Shown: positions 27,525 to 36,998, counted from the first letter of the stretch. The stretch is 64,000 bases of DNA from Actinomycetota bacterium (GCA_013152275.1 JAADGS010000070.1:1-64000); one strand, 5' to 3'. The notes: generated by a model from the letters alone, not told the origin. A program made the numbers and translations.

Positions 27525-28094
27525 ATGAGCACACGGCGTCTTGGCCTGTTCGCCGCCTGGCTGACGGCGACCCTGCTGGCGATCGTACTCGCCTCCCAGG
27601 CCGTCGGTCTCGTGCGAGACCAGGTCACCGATCGACCCTCCCGGACGGTCTCCACTCTCCTTGCAACGGCAACGACGCCGTCCACTGCAGCTCTCGCCGC
27701 CACGCCGACCGTCATCGACCCCGAAGTCCCCCAGCGCACGGCGAGCCCCACGTCGACAACGATCCCTGCACCGACAACGACGAGCGCCGTACCGACGACG
27801 ACGATCCCTGCACCGACGACGACGAGCGCCGCACCGACGACGACCGCTGCGCCGAGCGTAGATCGGCGTTACACACTCGTCGGTGGCTGGGTAACGGTTG
27901 CCTGCTCCGGAGACGACATCAGCTTCAAATCCGCCGCTCCAAAGGCCGGATTCTCCGTCGAACGCACAGAAGTCGAAGAGAACAAGGTGGATGTCAAGTT
28001 CGAGAGTTCCGACCACACATCCAAGTTCGAGGCCGTGTGCAGTGATGGCGATGTCGTCGAGTCCATCGAGGAGAAGGACGAGCAGGACGACTAG
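27525..28094 (+). CDS. secreted/membrane-anchored hypothetical protein with Thr/Pro linker and small two-Cys beta domain
   Basis: N-terminal hydrophobic helix, TTIPAPTTTSA repeats, GGWVTVAC...PKAGFSVE...VKFE...C. Confidence 0.75.
   Translation: MSTRRLGLFAAWLTATLLAIVLASQAVGLVRDQVTDRPSRTVSTLLATATTPSTAALAATPTVIDPEVPQRTASPTSTTIPAPTTTSAVPTTTIPAPTTTSAAPTTTAAPSVDRRYTLVGGWVTVACSGDDISFKSAAPKAGFSVERTEVEENKVDVKFESSDHTSKFEAVCSDGDVVESIEEKDEQDD
27756..27843 (+). repeat. 42-bp (14-aa) imperfect tandem duplication encoding Thr-rich linker
   Basis: GATCCCTGCACCGAC at 27761 and 27803. Confidence 0.75.
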
Positions 28095-28124
28095 GTCTCT
28101 GCAGTCGGCAGGGATTCGGCCGGA

Positions 28125-28892
28125 TCACAGAAGTGCCGTCGCGGCACGGCCCTCGACACATTCCTCGAGGAGGCCGCAGTACCGGCACCATGGACCGCCC
28201 CTGCGCTCGATGTCCCGCCGCTCGGCCCACGCCCGACGCAACGCATTGACGATACCGGCCACCTGCCGAGCCGTCTCCCTGAGCGAATCGGTCCCGGGCT
28301 CTTCGGTGAACCGCTCCCCGGTACGGATGGATACCGCCTCCACTTTCGACGGGATCTCTCCCTTGTCGAGCACCCACAGGAGTGCGTAGAAGCGCAGTTG
28401 TTCGTGAACCTCCCCCAGCTCACCCGTCTTCCAGTCGACCAGACGAACCCCTCCATCGTCGGAGAACACTGCATCTACCGACCCGACGAGGGTCACACCG
28501 TCGACGGGTTCGACCTGGATCTGAACCTCCGCTCCCTGGAATCCTTCGACAGGGAAACGTCGGAACCGCTCGTAGAGGGCACCCACTTCATCGATGACCC
28601 GTTCGAGACCGGAGGGTTTCATCGACAACGCAGCCATCTTGAAGTTCAAGTTCGAGCCACCGATCTCTTCGCGGCACACTTGTTCCAGCCGGTCGGCAGA
28701 GATCGGTCCACTGCCGAGATGCCGGGCGAACACACGGTGGGCGAGCCCACCCTTGAATGCCGGGACACTCTCCGGTCCCCAGACTCCCTCGATCCTCGAT
28801 TTGGCGTAGTCTGCGCATTCCCCATAGGCCACAAACGTCGAACCGGAGAGCCGAACGGCATCGCCGGGCTCGATCTCTGGAAACACGATCAT
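28125..28892 (-). CDS. PD-(D/E)XK nuclease, RecB/Cas4/AddB-like, stand-alone
   Basis: GSVDAVF...LVDWKTG, QLRFYA, one N-terminal Cys plus CRYCGLLEEC; alternative start 28901. Confidence 0.85.
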   Translation of the reverse strand: MIVFPEIEPGDAVRLSGSTFVAYGECADYAKSRIEGVWGPESVPAFKGGLAHRVFARHLGSGPISADRLEQVCREEIGGSNLNFKMAALSMKPSGLERVIDEVGALYERFRRFPVEGFQGAEVQIQVEPVDGVTLVGSVDAVFSDDGGVRLVDWKTGELGEVHEQLRFYALLWVLDKGEIPSKVEAVSIRTGERFTEEPGTDSLRETARQVAGIVNALRRAWAERRDIERRGGPWCRYCGLLEECVEGRAATALL

Positions 28893-28955
28893 GAACGACA
28901 TGGTATCGACCGACCGCCGAGACCACTACACTCAACTCCCGTTCCAGGGCTGATC

Positions 28956-30899
28956 ATGTCACGTACTTCTCGAATCATCATTGTCATCCTCGGCGTGCTC
29001 GCCGGTCTCTTCCTGATGGTCATCGGGGCATTCGGGATCGACCGCGCCCTGCACATCGGCAAGGTGCTGCACAATGTGCACGCTTCATCCGTGGACCTCT
29101 CCGGAAAAGACGAAGCAGGAGCCGAGCTGACCCTCGTCGCGCTGGAGGACGAGCTCGGCACGACGCCCGCGGTATTCGAGATCGCCGGGACGACCGTGGA
29201 TCTCGACCCGACCACGGTCCGTTTCGACATCGACGAGCCCGACGCTGCGGCCAGTGCTCTCGCCGTCGGACGCGAGGGAACGGTGATCGACCAATTCCGA
29301 TGGTGGATGACACACGTCTTCACGATCGAAACCGTGCCGGTGCATGGAAGCTTGGATGAGGAGGCACTCTCGGCCGTCTTCGACTATTGGGACGAATCCA
29401 CGATTTCGAACCCTCCCTTCGACGGAGCCGTCGAGGTCCGAGGAACCCAAGCCGTCGCCCGATACCCACATCCCGGTACCGGCATCGACCGATCGTCGGC
29501 TTCGAAAGCCATCCTTGCGTCGCTGCTCAACCCGGATCGACCGATCGTCACGATCGCAACGGCACCGCTGCAATCCGACCTCAGTGACGCGGACATCGAC
29601 GCTGCAGTCGACAAGGCACAACAGATGATCGGCCGGTCGATCGTTCTGTCACGTGAGGACCCGGACATCTCGGTGACCTTCACACCCCGGAACCTTGCGT
29701 CCGCCCTGCGAAGTCGGATCGTCCACAACTCTCCGGCACACATCCAACTGAGCTTCGATCCCGAGGTGATCGGCGCGATTCTGCAACCGGCGAGCGCCCA
29801 TCTCGGTGTGCCGCCGCGTGATGCGTCCTTCGAGGTCGGTGAGGACGGTTTGGTCACCATCGTGCCGAGCAGACCCGGACAGATCGTGGATCCGGAGTTG
29901 ACCGCCGGAGCGCTGGAGGTTGCTTCTCGCACGCCCGACCGAACCGGGCGGTTGCCGTTCGAAGATGCCGCCGAGCCCGAGTTCACAACCGAAGACGCCC
30001 AGGCGATGAACATCAAGCATCTGGTCTCGCAGTTCACGACCTACCACCGCTGCTGCCAGAACCGTGTCACCAATATTCATCTTCTGGCGGACATCATCGA
30101 TGGGGTCATCGTTCTGCCGGGCGAGAAGTTCTCGATCAACGAGTACGTGGGCGAGCGGGACACCGCCCGCGGGTTCCTTCCCGATCACACGATCGTGCAG
30201 GGGAAGATGGTCGACACGATCGGCGGTGGGGTGAGCCAGTTCGCCACGACGTTCTACAACGCCATGTACTGGGGCGGGTACGAAGACATCACCCACTCGC
30301 CACACAGCTACTACTTCAGCCGATATCCGGAAGGGCACGAGGCGACGATCTCCTGGCCGGCGCCGAATCTCGTGTTCCGGAATGACTCCGATGCTGCGGT
30401 GCTCATCAAGACGTCCTACACCGACACCTCCCTGACCGTGAGCTTCTACGGGAACAACGGAGGGCGGACTGTCGTCGGAGAGCAAAAGAACGGACGTCTG
30501 CACATGGAGGTCACCTCGGAAGGAGACGCAACCGCCAGAAAGGTCACATCCAGCGTCTCTTCGCGCTTCGATCAGACAGACCCGCCGATCGAGTACACGG
30601 CCAACGACGAACTGCTGCCCGGTGAGGAGATCGTCAACGTGAAGGGCAGAATCGGCTGGACGGTCATCGTGAAGAGACACATCGAATACCCGGACGGTCA
30701 TGTCGACACCCAGCAATGGCGTGTTCGCTACCGGCCACAGCCCCGTGAAGTCGAAGTGAATTCCTGCATGATCCCCCCCGAGGAAGGGCAAGAGCCCGTG
30801 CCCTGTCCCACGACGACGACGGAGTCGACGACCACCACGACGACCACGGCGGCGACTACGACGACCGTGGCGTCGACTACGACGACCGCGACCGACTAG
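28956..30899 (+). CDS. VanW family protein with peptidoglycan-binding region and G5-like C-terminus
   Basis: N-terminal TM; RVTNI, PGEKFSIN, GGGVSQFATT, HSYYFSRYPEGHEAT, FRND; Thr-rich tail. Confidence 0.88.
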   Translation: MSRTSRIIIVILGVLAGLFLMVIGAFGIDRALHIGKVLHNVHASSVDLSGKDEAGAELTLVALEDELGTTPAVFEIAGTTVDLDPTTVRFDIDEPDAAASALAVGREGTVIDQFRWWMTHVFTIETVPVHGSLDEEALSAVFDYWDESTISNPPFDGAVEVRGTQAVARYPHPGTGIDRSSASKAILASLLNPDRPIVTIATAPLQSDLSDADIDAAVDKAQQMIGRSIVLSREDPDISVTFTPRNLASALRSRIVHNSPAHIQLSFDPEVIGAILQPASAHLGVPPRDASFEVGEDGLVTIVPSRPGQIVDPELTAGALEVASRTPDRTGRLPFEDAAEPEFTTEDAQAMNIKHLVSQFTTYHRCCQNRVTNIHLLADIIDGVIVLPGEKFSINEYVGERDTARGFLPDHTIVQGKMVDTIGGGVSQFATTFYNAMYWGGYEDITHSPHSYYFSRYPEGHEATISWPAPNLVFRNDSDAAVLIKTSYTDTSLTVSFYGNNGGRTVVGEQKNGRLHMEVTSEGDATARKVTSSVSSRFDQTDPPIEYTANDELLPGEEIVNVKGRIGWTVIVKRHIEYPDGHVDTQQWRVRYRPQPREVEVNSCMIPPEEGQEPVPCPTTTTESTTTTTTTAATTTTVASTTTTATD

Positions 30900-31182
30900 C
30901 AGCCGTCACCACGAAGAAGTCGCGGATCTGTTCTCCGGCACGGCGAACGCTGCCCTCGTCCCATCCACCGTTTCGCTGTACCGACACCACGTTGAATTGC
31001 ACATACACGTGCCGAATTGCCGGATCCGCCTCGAAGAGACGCTCCGCGAGACGAGCACCGAGGCCGTCCTCGGCCACCGGACGCGTGAACTCCCGGCCGT
31101 CCTGACCTGTAAAGGTCCGGTCCGTATCGAAGATCGCCACTTCTCCGTGGACGGCGCTCTCGACCGCAATACTCTGGCCCAC
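30877..31182 (-). CDS. NifU/Nfu N-terminal (scaffold) domain-like protein
   Basis: FDTDRTFTG, LAERLF, VYVQFNVVSVQR...W; GTG 31182 after AAGGGAG (alternative 31206). Confidence 0.6.
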   Translation of the reverse strand: MGQSIAVESAVHGEVAIFDTDRTFTGQDGREFTRPVAEDGLGARLAERLFEADPAIRHVYVQFNVVSVQRNGGWDEGSVRRAGEQIRDFFVVTAASRSRSS

Positions 31183-31202
31183 ATCTGCTCCCTTCAGGAT
31201 CC

Positions 31203-32603
31203 TCACTCGCCGATGGTCTGCAGTTTCATCAGATTCGTCGAGGCGCTGCGGTTTGGAGGGGTTCCCGCGACGATCACGACACCCTCACCGGCCACACACA
31301 CGCCGTTCTCGGCGAGGTAGCGGTCGGCGGACTCGATCATCGCATCGGTCGAGTCGAGTCGTTCGAAGGCGACAGGAGTCACGCCCCGGTAGATCGCCAT
31401 TCTACGGCGTGTGCGCTCCACGGGGCTGAAGGCCATGATCGCCGCTCCAGGACGATATTTCGAGAGCAACCGTGCCGTACTGCCAGACTCGGTGAAGGCA
31501 ACGATGATGCCGAGACCGAGATCCGTCGCCGCTTCCACGGCAGCTCTCGCCATCGCAGACGCATAGCCTGCCTGCCCGGCAAGGAAGCCGATCGACTGAT
31601 GATCGGATCGCGGACGGTCGGCCTCGACCAGGATCCGATCCATCATCGCCACCGTCTCGATCGGATAGTCCCCGATTGCGGTCTCTCCCGAGAGCATGAC
31701 CGCATCCGTTCCCTCCATGACGGCCGTCGCGACGTCGGTGACTTCGGCCCGGGTGGGACGCGTACTGTGAATCATCGACTCCAGCATCTCCGTCGCGGTC
31801 ACCGAGATGAGTCCGGCGGCATTCGTCCGGCGCAGGATGTCCTGCTGCACGAACGGGAGCCGCTCGAGTGGCATCTCGACGCCAAGGTCTCCGCGAGCCA
31901 CCATCACACCATCGGCCACCCCCAGGATCGCATCGAGGTTCTCGAATGCGACTGCGAGTTCGACCTTTGCGATGACCGGCACCCCCGAGAGTTGGCGGAC
32001 CCGCTCCACATCTGCCGCCGAGCGGACGAAGGACGCAGCGACGAAATCCACCTCGATCTCGCGCCCGAACGCCAGGTCCACCTTGTCTTTCTCCGTCACC
32101 GCCGAGACACGCAGATTCGCCTTCGGGAAGGCGGCTCCGCGATGGTCACCCACGGGACCACCCTCGATCACTTCGGCAACGAGTCGGTCTCGGGTCTGCT
32201 CGGTCACTCTCATGCGAACGAGACCGTCGGCGAGTACGACTTCCGAGCCCACCCCCACATCGTTGACGAGACGCGGGTACCCGATCTCGATTCGGCTCGC
32301 GTCGCCGAGCCCCATGCCGGCGACGAGGCTGACGCGGTCTCCGCTCTTCAGTCGGATCCCGCCATCGGGAAACGTACCGACCCTGATCTTGGGCCCCTGG
32401 ATGTCCTGCAGGATCGCAACGGCTCTCTTCTGCCGGGTGGCAGCTTCACGTACGAAGGTCGCCAGTTTGCGGTGCGTGTCATGGTCGCCGTGGGAGAAGT
32501 TCAATCTGGCGACGTCCATCCCCGCGGCAACCAGCCCGTCGATCGCCTCTGCGGTGGCAACGGCGGGACCCAGCGTGACGACGATCTTGGTTTGTCTGGT
32601 CAT
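31203..32603 (-). CDS. pyk: pyruvate kinase
   Basis: TKIVVTLGP, RLNFSHG, DIQGPKIR, MVARGDLGVE, MLSGETA. Confidence 0.95.
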   Translation of the reverse strand: MTRQTKIVVTLGPAVATAEAIDGLVAAGMDVARLNFSHGDHDTHRKLATFVREAATRQKRAVAILQDIQGPKIRVGTFPDGGIRLKSGDRVSLVAGMGLGDASRIEIGYPRLVNDVGVGSEVVLADGLVRMRVTEQTRDRLVAEVIEGGPVGDHRGAAFPKANLRVSAVTEKDKVDLAFGREIEVDFVAASFVRSAADVERVRQLSGVPVIAKVELAVAFENLDAILGVADGVMVARGDLGVEMPLERLPFVQQDILRRTNAAGLISVTATEMLESMIHSTRPTRAEVTDVATAVMEGTDAVMLSGETAIGDYPIETVAMMDRILVEADRPRSDHQSIGFLAGQAGYASAMARAAVEAATDLGLGIIVAFTESGSTARLLSKYRPGAAIMAFSPVERTRRRMAIYRGVTPVAFERLDSTDAMIESADRYLAENGVCVAGEGVVIVAGTPPNRSASTNLMKLQTIGE

Positions 32604-32631
32604 GATCGGAAGCGTACCCACCGGGGCCTGT

Positions 32632-33612
32632 CTAGGCGAGAGCCGGAATCACCTCACGCGCGAAGAGTTCGAGACCGTTGGTGTCATATGCCGCCTCCGC
32701 GAAGTACCCGATCGCGTAGCGCAGACCCGCATCGGCCCAGGGCTTCAGTCTGGCGACGAGCTGTTCCGGCGTTCCGGCCATCTCGCGATACATCGCCTCC
32801 ATCCGGTCGAGCCGATCCTCGGCAACGTACGGCCGATAATGGTCCTTGATCCAACCAAGGCGCTCCTCCACCGCCGCTTCGGACTCTTCGCATACGACAT
32901 TGAAGTTGCTCGATCGAACGATCGTGTCGAAGTCGGTGCCGACGTCCTCGCAGTGCCCTCGAAGAATCTCGGACTTGTGGATGAACTCGTCGACCGACTG
33001 ACCGAAGTTCGTGTAGGCCGCGTACCGCGCCGCCACGTTGAGGGTCAACTTCTCTCCTCCGCCGGCCACCCAGAAGGGGATATGTGGGTCCTGGACGGGC
33101 TTCGGACGGCAGATGGCACCGTCGAGGGTGTAGTACCTCCCCTCATGATGGACCGTGTCCTCGGTCCACATCTTGCGCATGATCTCGATCCCCTCGCGCA
33201 GCATGCCGATTCTGACCGATGCTTTGGGAAACGCATATCCGTACCCTGCGTGCTCGTGCTCATACCATCCCGCGCCAAGTCCCATCTCGACCCGGCCTCC
33301 GCTGATCACATCGATCGAAGCCGCGACCTTTGCCAGATACGAGGGAAGTCGATAGGAGTTGCAGGTGCACATCTGGCCGAGCCGCACGGTGCTCGTGACG
33401 GCGGCCAGCGACGCCATCAGCGTCCAGGCCTCGTAGGTCACCTCCTGAGATGGGACCGGGACCGTGTGAAAATGGTCGTACACCCACAGGGACTCGTATC
33501 CGGATCGCTCGATCGTCGCGGCCACCGACCGCATCGTCTCCCAATGGCGTTCCTCGGGTATGCCGGCGAGGTCCATCCGCCATCCTTGTGGAACAAAGGC
33601 GCCAAAACGCAT
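32632..33612 (-). CDS. LLM class F420-dependent oxidoreductase
   Basis: WVYDHFH, RLGQMCTCNSYR, SGGRVEMGLGAGW, AGGGEKLTL. Confidence 0.9.
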   Translation of the reverse strand: MRFGAFVPQGWRMDLAGIPEERHWETMRSVAATIERSGYESLWVYDHFHTVPVPSQEVTYEAWTLMASLAAVTSTVRLGQMCTCNSYRLPSYLAKVAASIDVISGGRVEMGLGAGWYEHEHAGYGYAFPKASVRIGMLREGIEIMRKMWTEDTVHHEGRYYTLDGAICRPKPVQDPHIPFWVAGGGEKLTLNVAARYAAYTNFGQSVDEFIHKSEILRGHCEDVGTDFDTIVRSSNFNVVCEESEAAVEERLGWIKDHYRPYVAEDRLDRMEAMYREMAGTPEQLVARLKPWADAGLRYAIGYFAEAAYDTNGLELFAREVIPALA

Positions 33613-33680
33613 CTATGAACTCCGATCGTCTGCGTGCCCACACCTTATGAGTGCTTGCTCCGTAAGTACCATGCGTCTCC

Positions 33681-34286
33681 ATGCCACGACCCCTCATCGC
33701 CGTCCCCGTGAAGCCGTTCGGCGTCGCCAAGCGCCGACTCGCGACCGTGATGGACGCCCCCACACGATCCATCGTCGGCCGCCGGATCGCGGCCAGAACC
33801 TTGGAGGCCGCGCGACAGACGGGAGCGAGCGTCGTTGTGGTCGCCGGCGACCGAGGGGTCCGGCAGTGGGCCGGCGCCCTCGGGTTTGCGAGCATCCCGG
33901 AGCTGGAGCCGGGCCTCACCGGAGCTGCCCGGGCAGCGGTGGACGCGGCAGCGTTCGATACGTGTCCCTGGATCATCGCCCACGCCGACCTCCCTCTCGT
34001 GGAAGTCGATGATTTTCATGCCGTCATCGGGGCGCTCGAAGAAGCAGACGTCGTGATCGCTCCGTCCTACAACGGAGGCACGACGGTGGTCGCGGGGACC
34101 TTGGGCTCGTTCGACTTTCGCTACGGGGAAGGCAGCTTCCGCCGGCACCTCGGCGTCGCATCACGAAAGCGGCTTCGGATCGTGGTGAGGCTGGGACTGG
34201 GCCTCGACCTCGACGGTCCCTCCGACCTGGAGAGCGCGATCAGGCATCCACGCGGAGCCTGGCTACGGTCACTGGTCGATCAGTAG
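33681..34286 (+). CDS. cofC: 2-phospho-L-lactate/phosphoenolpyruvate guanylyltransferase (F420 biosynthesis)
   Basis: VPVKPFGVAKRRL, ADLP, GGT, FRYGEGSF..H, DLDGPSDL. Confidence 0.88.
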   Translation: MPRPLIAVPVKPFGVAKRRLATVMDAPTRSIVGRRIAARTLEAARQTGASVVVVAGDRGVRQWAGALGFASIPELEPGLTGAARAAVDAAAFDTCPWIIAHADLPLVEVDDFHAVIGALEEADVVIAPSYNGGTTVVAGTLGSFDFRYGEGSFRRHLGVASRKRLRIVVRLGLGLDLDGPSDLESAIRHPRGAWLRSLVDQ

Positions 34287-35467
34287 ATCGCCGACCCGCT
34301 GTGCCTGTCGAAGAAGTGCAGCTTGGAGGTATCGACGAACAACTGCACCTCATCGCCGAGCCGTGGGGCCGTGTCGGCATTGACACGGGCCGTGAACTTC
34401 GTGAGGTCTCCGAGGACCGATGCGTCCTGACCCTGATCGGCGATCAGCTCCTGGATGTCCGGAGTGACCACCGGTGGAATCAGCTTCTCGAAGTGCACGA
34501 ATGCCTCCGGACCGAGCTGCTCCACGAGCGCCACCCTGACCTTCAACAGCCGATCTTCGGGTGCACCCGGAACGGCCGTGGCCATCTCGAAACACTCTGG
34601 TCGGATGCCGACCACCAGTTCCTTCCCGACATAGCGGCCAAGACCCGGACGTTCGGCAAGGAGCTCGGGAGCGATGCGCAGCCGATCGTCGCCGAACGAA
34701 GCGAACACTCGGTCCTCCTCGGCCCCCAACGTCCCGTAGACGAAATTCATCGACGGTGAGCCGATGAACCCGCCCACGAAAATGTTGACCGGATGGTCGT
34801 AGAGGACGCGCGGCGTGTCGACCTGTTGCAGGGTTCCCTTGCGCATGACCGCCACACGATCCCCCATCGTCATCGCCTCGACCTGATCGTGTGTGACGTA
34901 GAGCGTGGTTGTTTTCAGCCGGGCATGCAGCTCGCCAAGCTCAGATCGCATCTGCACGCGCAGCTTCGCATCGAGGTTCGACAGCGGCTCGTCCATCAGG
35001 AACGCCTCCGGCTCGCGCACGATCGCCCGGCCCATCGCGACGCGCTGTCGCTGGCCACCGGAGAGAGCCTTGGGTTTCCTCGCGAGGAAGTCGGTGATCT
35101 CGAGAGTCCTCGCAGCATCCTCGACCCTGGTCTTTATCTCTTCTTTCGGAAGCTTCCTGAGCTTCAGACCGAACGCCATATTGTCGAAAACAGACATGTG
35201 CGGATACAGCGCGTAGTTCTGAAACACCATTGCAATGTCCCTGTCTTTCGGGGGAACATCGTTGACGACCTTGTCCCCGATCCGCACCTCCCCCTCGGTA
35301 ATCTCCTCGAGTCCGGCGACCATGCGCAAGAGCGTCGACTTGCCACACCCGGACGGACCCACCAGCACGACGAACTCACCGTCGCCCACTTCGAAGGAGA
35401 CGTCCTCAATCGCCCGTGTGCCCCCCGGATAGACTTTGCCGACCTCATCAAAACGAATACCCGCCAC
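34280..35467 (-). CDS. sugar ABC transporter ATPase (MsiK/MsmK/UgpC family)
   Basis: GPSGCGKST, FQNYALYPH, LSGGQRQR, DEPLSNLD, C-terminal TOBE; GTG 35467 after GGAGGA. Confidence 0.93.
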   Translation of the reverse strand: MAGIRFDEVGKVYPGGTRAIEDVSFEVGDGEFVVLVGPSGCGKSTLLRMVAGLEEITEGEVRIGDKVVNDVPPKDRDIAMVFQNYALYPHMSVFDNMAFGLKLRKLPKEEIKTRVEDAARTLEITDFLARKPKALSGGQRQRVAMGRAIVREPEAFLMDEPLSNLDAKLRVQMRSELGELHARLKTTTLYVTHDQVEAMTMGDRVAVMRKGTLQQVDTPRVLYDHPVNIFVGGFIGSPSMNFVYGTLGAEEDRVFASFGDDRLRIAPELLAERPGLGRYVGKELVVGIRPECFEMATAVPGAPEDRLLKVRVALVEQLGPEAFVHFEKLIPPVVTPDIQELIADQGQDASVLGDLTKFTARVNADTAPRLGDEVQLFVDTSKLHFFDRHSGSAIY

Positions 35468-35523
35468 GGTGTCCTCCACCCATCTCGCGCTGCAGGTGCC
35501 AAAATAGCAAAAAGAAGGGAACC

Positions 35524-36237
35524 ATGATGAGCGATACACGCGTGCTCGTGATCACAGGAGCGACCGGAGGCTTGGGCACTGCCCTGGTTCGTAGGCTCGC
35601 AGCCTCGGACTATCGGTTCGCCGCCACCTACCTCGTCCCGGAAGAAGCACGGGCCTTCGAAGAATCCGTGCTCCTCGATGAAGAGCGACTCCTCCTTGCA
35701 CGAGTCGATGCCGCGAACACCCAAGAAGTGGAAACGTTCATGCAACACACGGCGGAACGCTTCGGGAGCATCGACTCGCTCTGCTGCCTCGCGGGCAAAT
35801 GGGCCGGCGGGCGCGATGTCGTCGACACGGACGATGTCCGGTTCGACAGGATGATCGACACGAACCTCCGATCGGCGTTCGTGGCGGTTCGGGCTGCGCT
35901 CCCCTACCTGAAAACGGCCGGTTGGGGCCGCATCCTGCTCATGGGAAGCCGCGCAGCCGTCGACGCCCCGGCGGGACAAGCCGCATTCAACGTCGCCAAA
36001 GCCGGTGTGGTCGCACTCGCCAAGTCACTCGCTCAAGAACTCGGAGGCGATGCCATCACCGCCAACGTGATCCTGCCCTCGGTCATCGACACGCCCGCCA
36101 CGCGAAAAGCACTCCCCTACTCCGACTACGTCGACTGGCCCACACCCGATGAGATCGCGGCCGTGATGGAATTCATGCTGAGTGAAGCGAGCACAACGAT
36201 CTCCGGGGCAGCCATCCCCGTGTACGGAAGGGCCTGA
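35524..36237 (+). CDS. SDR family oxidoreductase
   Basis: TGATGGLG, NLRSAF, FNVAK (usual YxxxK Tyr is Phe), LPSVIDTP. Confidence 0.88.
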   Translation: MMSDTRVLVITGATGGLGTALVRRLAASDYRFAATYLVPEEARAFEESVLLDEERLLLARVDAANTQEVETFMQHTAERFGSIDSLCCLAGKWAGGRDVVDTDDVRFDRMIDTNLRSAFVAVRAALPYLKTAGWGRILLMGSRAAVDAPAGQAAFNVAKAGVVALAKSLAQELGGDAITANVILPSVIDTPATRKALPYSDYVDWPTPDEIAAVMEFMLSEASTTISGAAIPVYGRA

Positions 36238-36241
36238 TCCC

Positions 36242-36931
36242 TCAACGCCCTGGCCACTCTCCGACGACCGGGGGACGGTCGGCACCGATGCGTGCCAGAT
36301 ACTTGTTGAGGCCGTCCCTCCATGTCCGGTATGCATCGATCTGGAGGGCGACGAGGTCGGGACCGTCGAGCTGCAACTCCGGGTATCTATCGGCGAGAGC
36401 ACGAGCAACGCCGACGGCCGCGATCGCGTCGGCGGCCGCTCGGTGAGATCCACCGACCTTCACCCCGTAGTGCTCGGCAGTGACCGCAAGGGGGCGCCTG
36501 CCTTTCCGATACCGGTCGACGTGCCGGTCCAGAACGAGCGGATCGACAATCACCGCGGGCGGCACATCGGGGAGCGCGCCAAGCCCGTACCGGGCCAGCT
36601 CCTCGGCGAGGAGCGGCCAGTCATACGGTGCGTTGTAGATCGCGATCGGAATCCCGTCGCGAACGAACCGCCGGATGGCACCGAGCGTCTCCCCGAGCAC
36701 GTCCACGGGATCGTCGCCCCGTTCTCGAAGTTCGGCGGTCGTGATCCCGGTGATCTCGGAGGCAGCTCGTGGCATGGGGACCCCCGGGTTGACGAGCCGG
36801 TTCACGATCTCTCGCGCGGTGCCGTCCGGGGCGACTTCGACAAGCGCCACCTCGACGATGCGAGCGGTCGCCGGGTCGACACCGGTGGCCTCGAGATCGA
36901 GAGCGGCAAGCGGTCCTGTGTGCCAACTCAT
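36242..36931 (-). CDS. DEDDh 3'-5' exonuclease (DnaQ-like)
   Basis: ALDLEATG, YNAPYD, HRAAAD. Confidence 0.9.
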   Translation of the reverse strand: MSWHTGPLAALDLEATGVDPATARIVEVALVEVAPDGTAREIVNRLVNPGVPMPRAASEITGITTAELRERGDDPVDVLGETLGAIRRFVRDGIPIAIYNAPYDWPLLAEELARYGLGALPDVPPAVIVDPLVLDRHVDRYRKGRRPLAVTAEHYGVKVGGSHRAAADAIAAVGVARALADRYPELQLDGPDLVALQIDAYRTWRDGLNKYLARIGADRPPVVGEWPGR

Positions 36932-36937
36932 GCCACC

Positions 36938-36959
36938 ACGGTAGCCGACACGTCTGACA
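36938..36959 (-). promoter_or_regulatory. PafBC/RecA-NDp-like promoter TGTCAG-N10-TACCGT, leaderless
   Basis: minus strand TGTCAG ACGTGTCGGC TACCGT, six nt before ATG of the exonuclease. Confidence 0.7.
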
Positions 36960-36998
36960 GCAAGCCGACGTGGACGGTCGCCACAGGTACAATCAAAC

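Noticed and set aside
28125..28892. CRISPR-Cas interpretation of the Cas4-like nuclease
   Set aside because: No repeat-spacer array or other cas genes in the window
28901..28922. Possible PafBC motif before the PD-(D/E)XK nuclease
   Set aside because: Reads TCTCGG-N11-TACCAT: wrong second base and spacing
30810..30895. ACG/ACC-rich low-complexity runs (also near 3915-4035)
   Set aside because: Encode Thr-rich linkers of exported proteins; not arrays or contingency repeats
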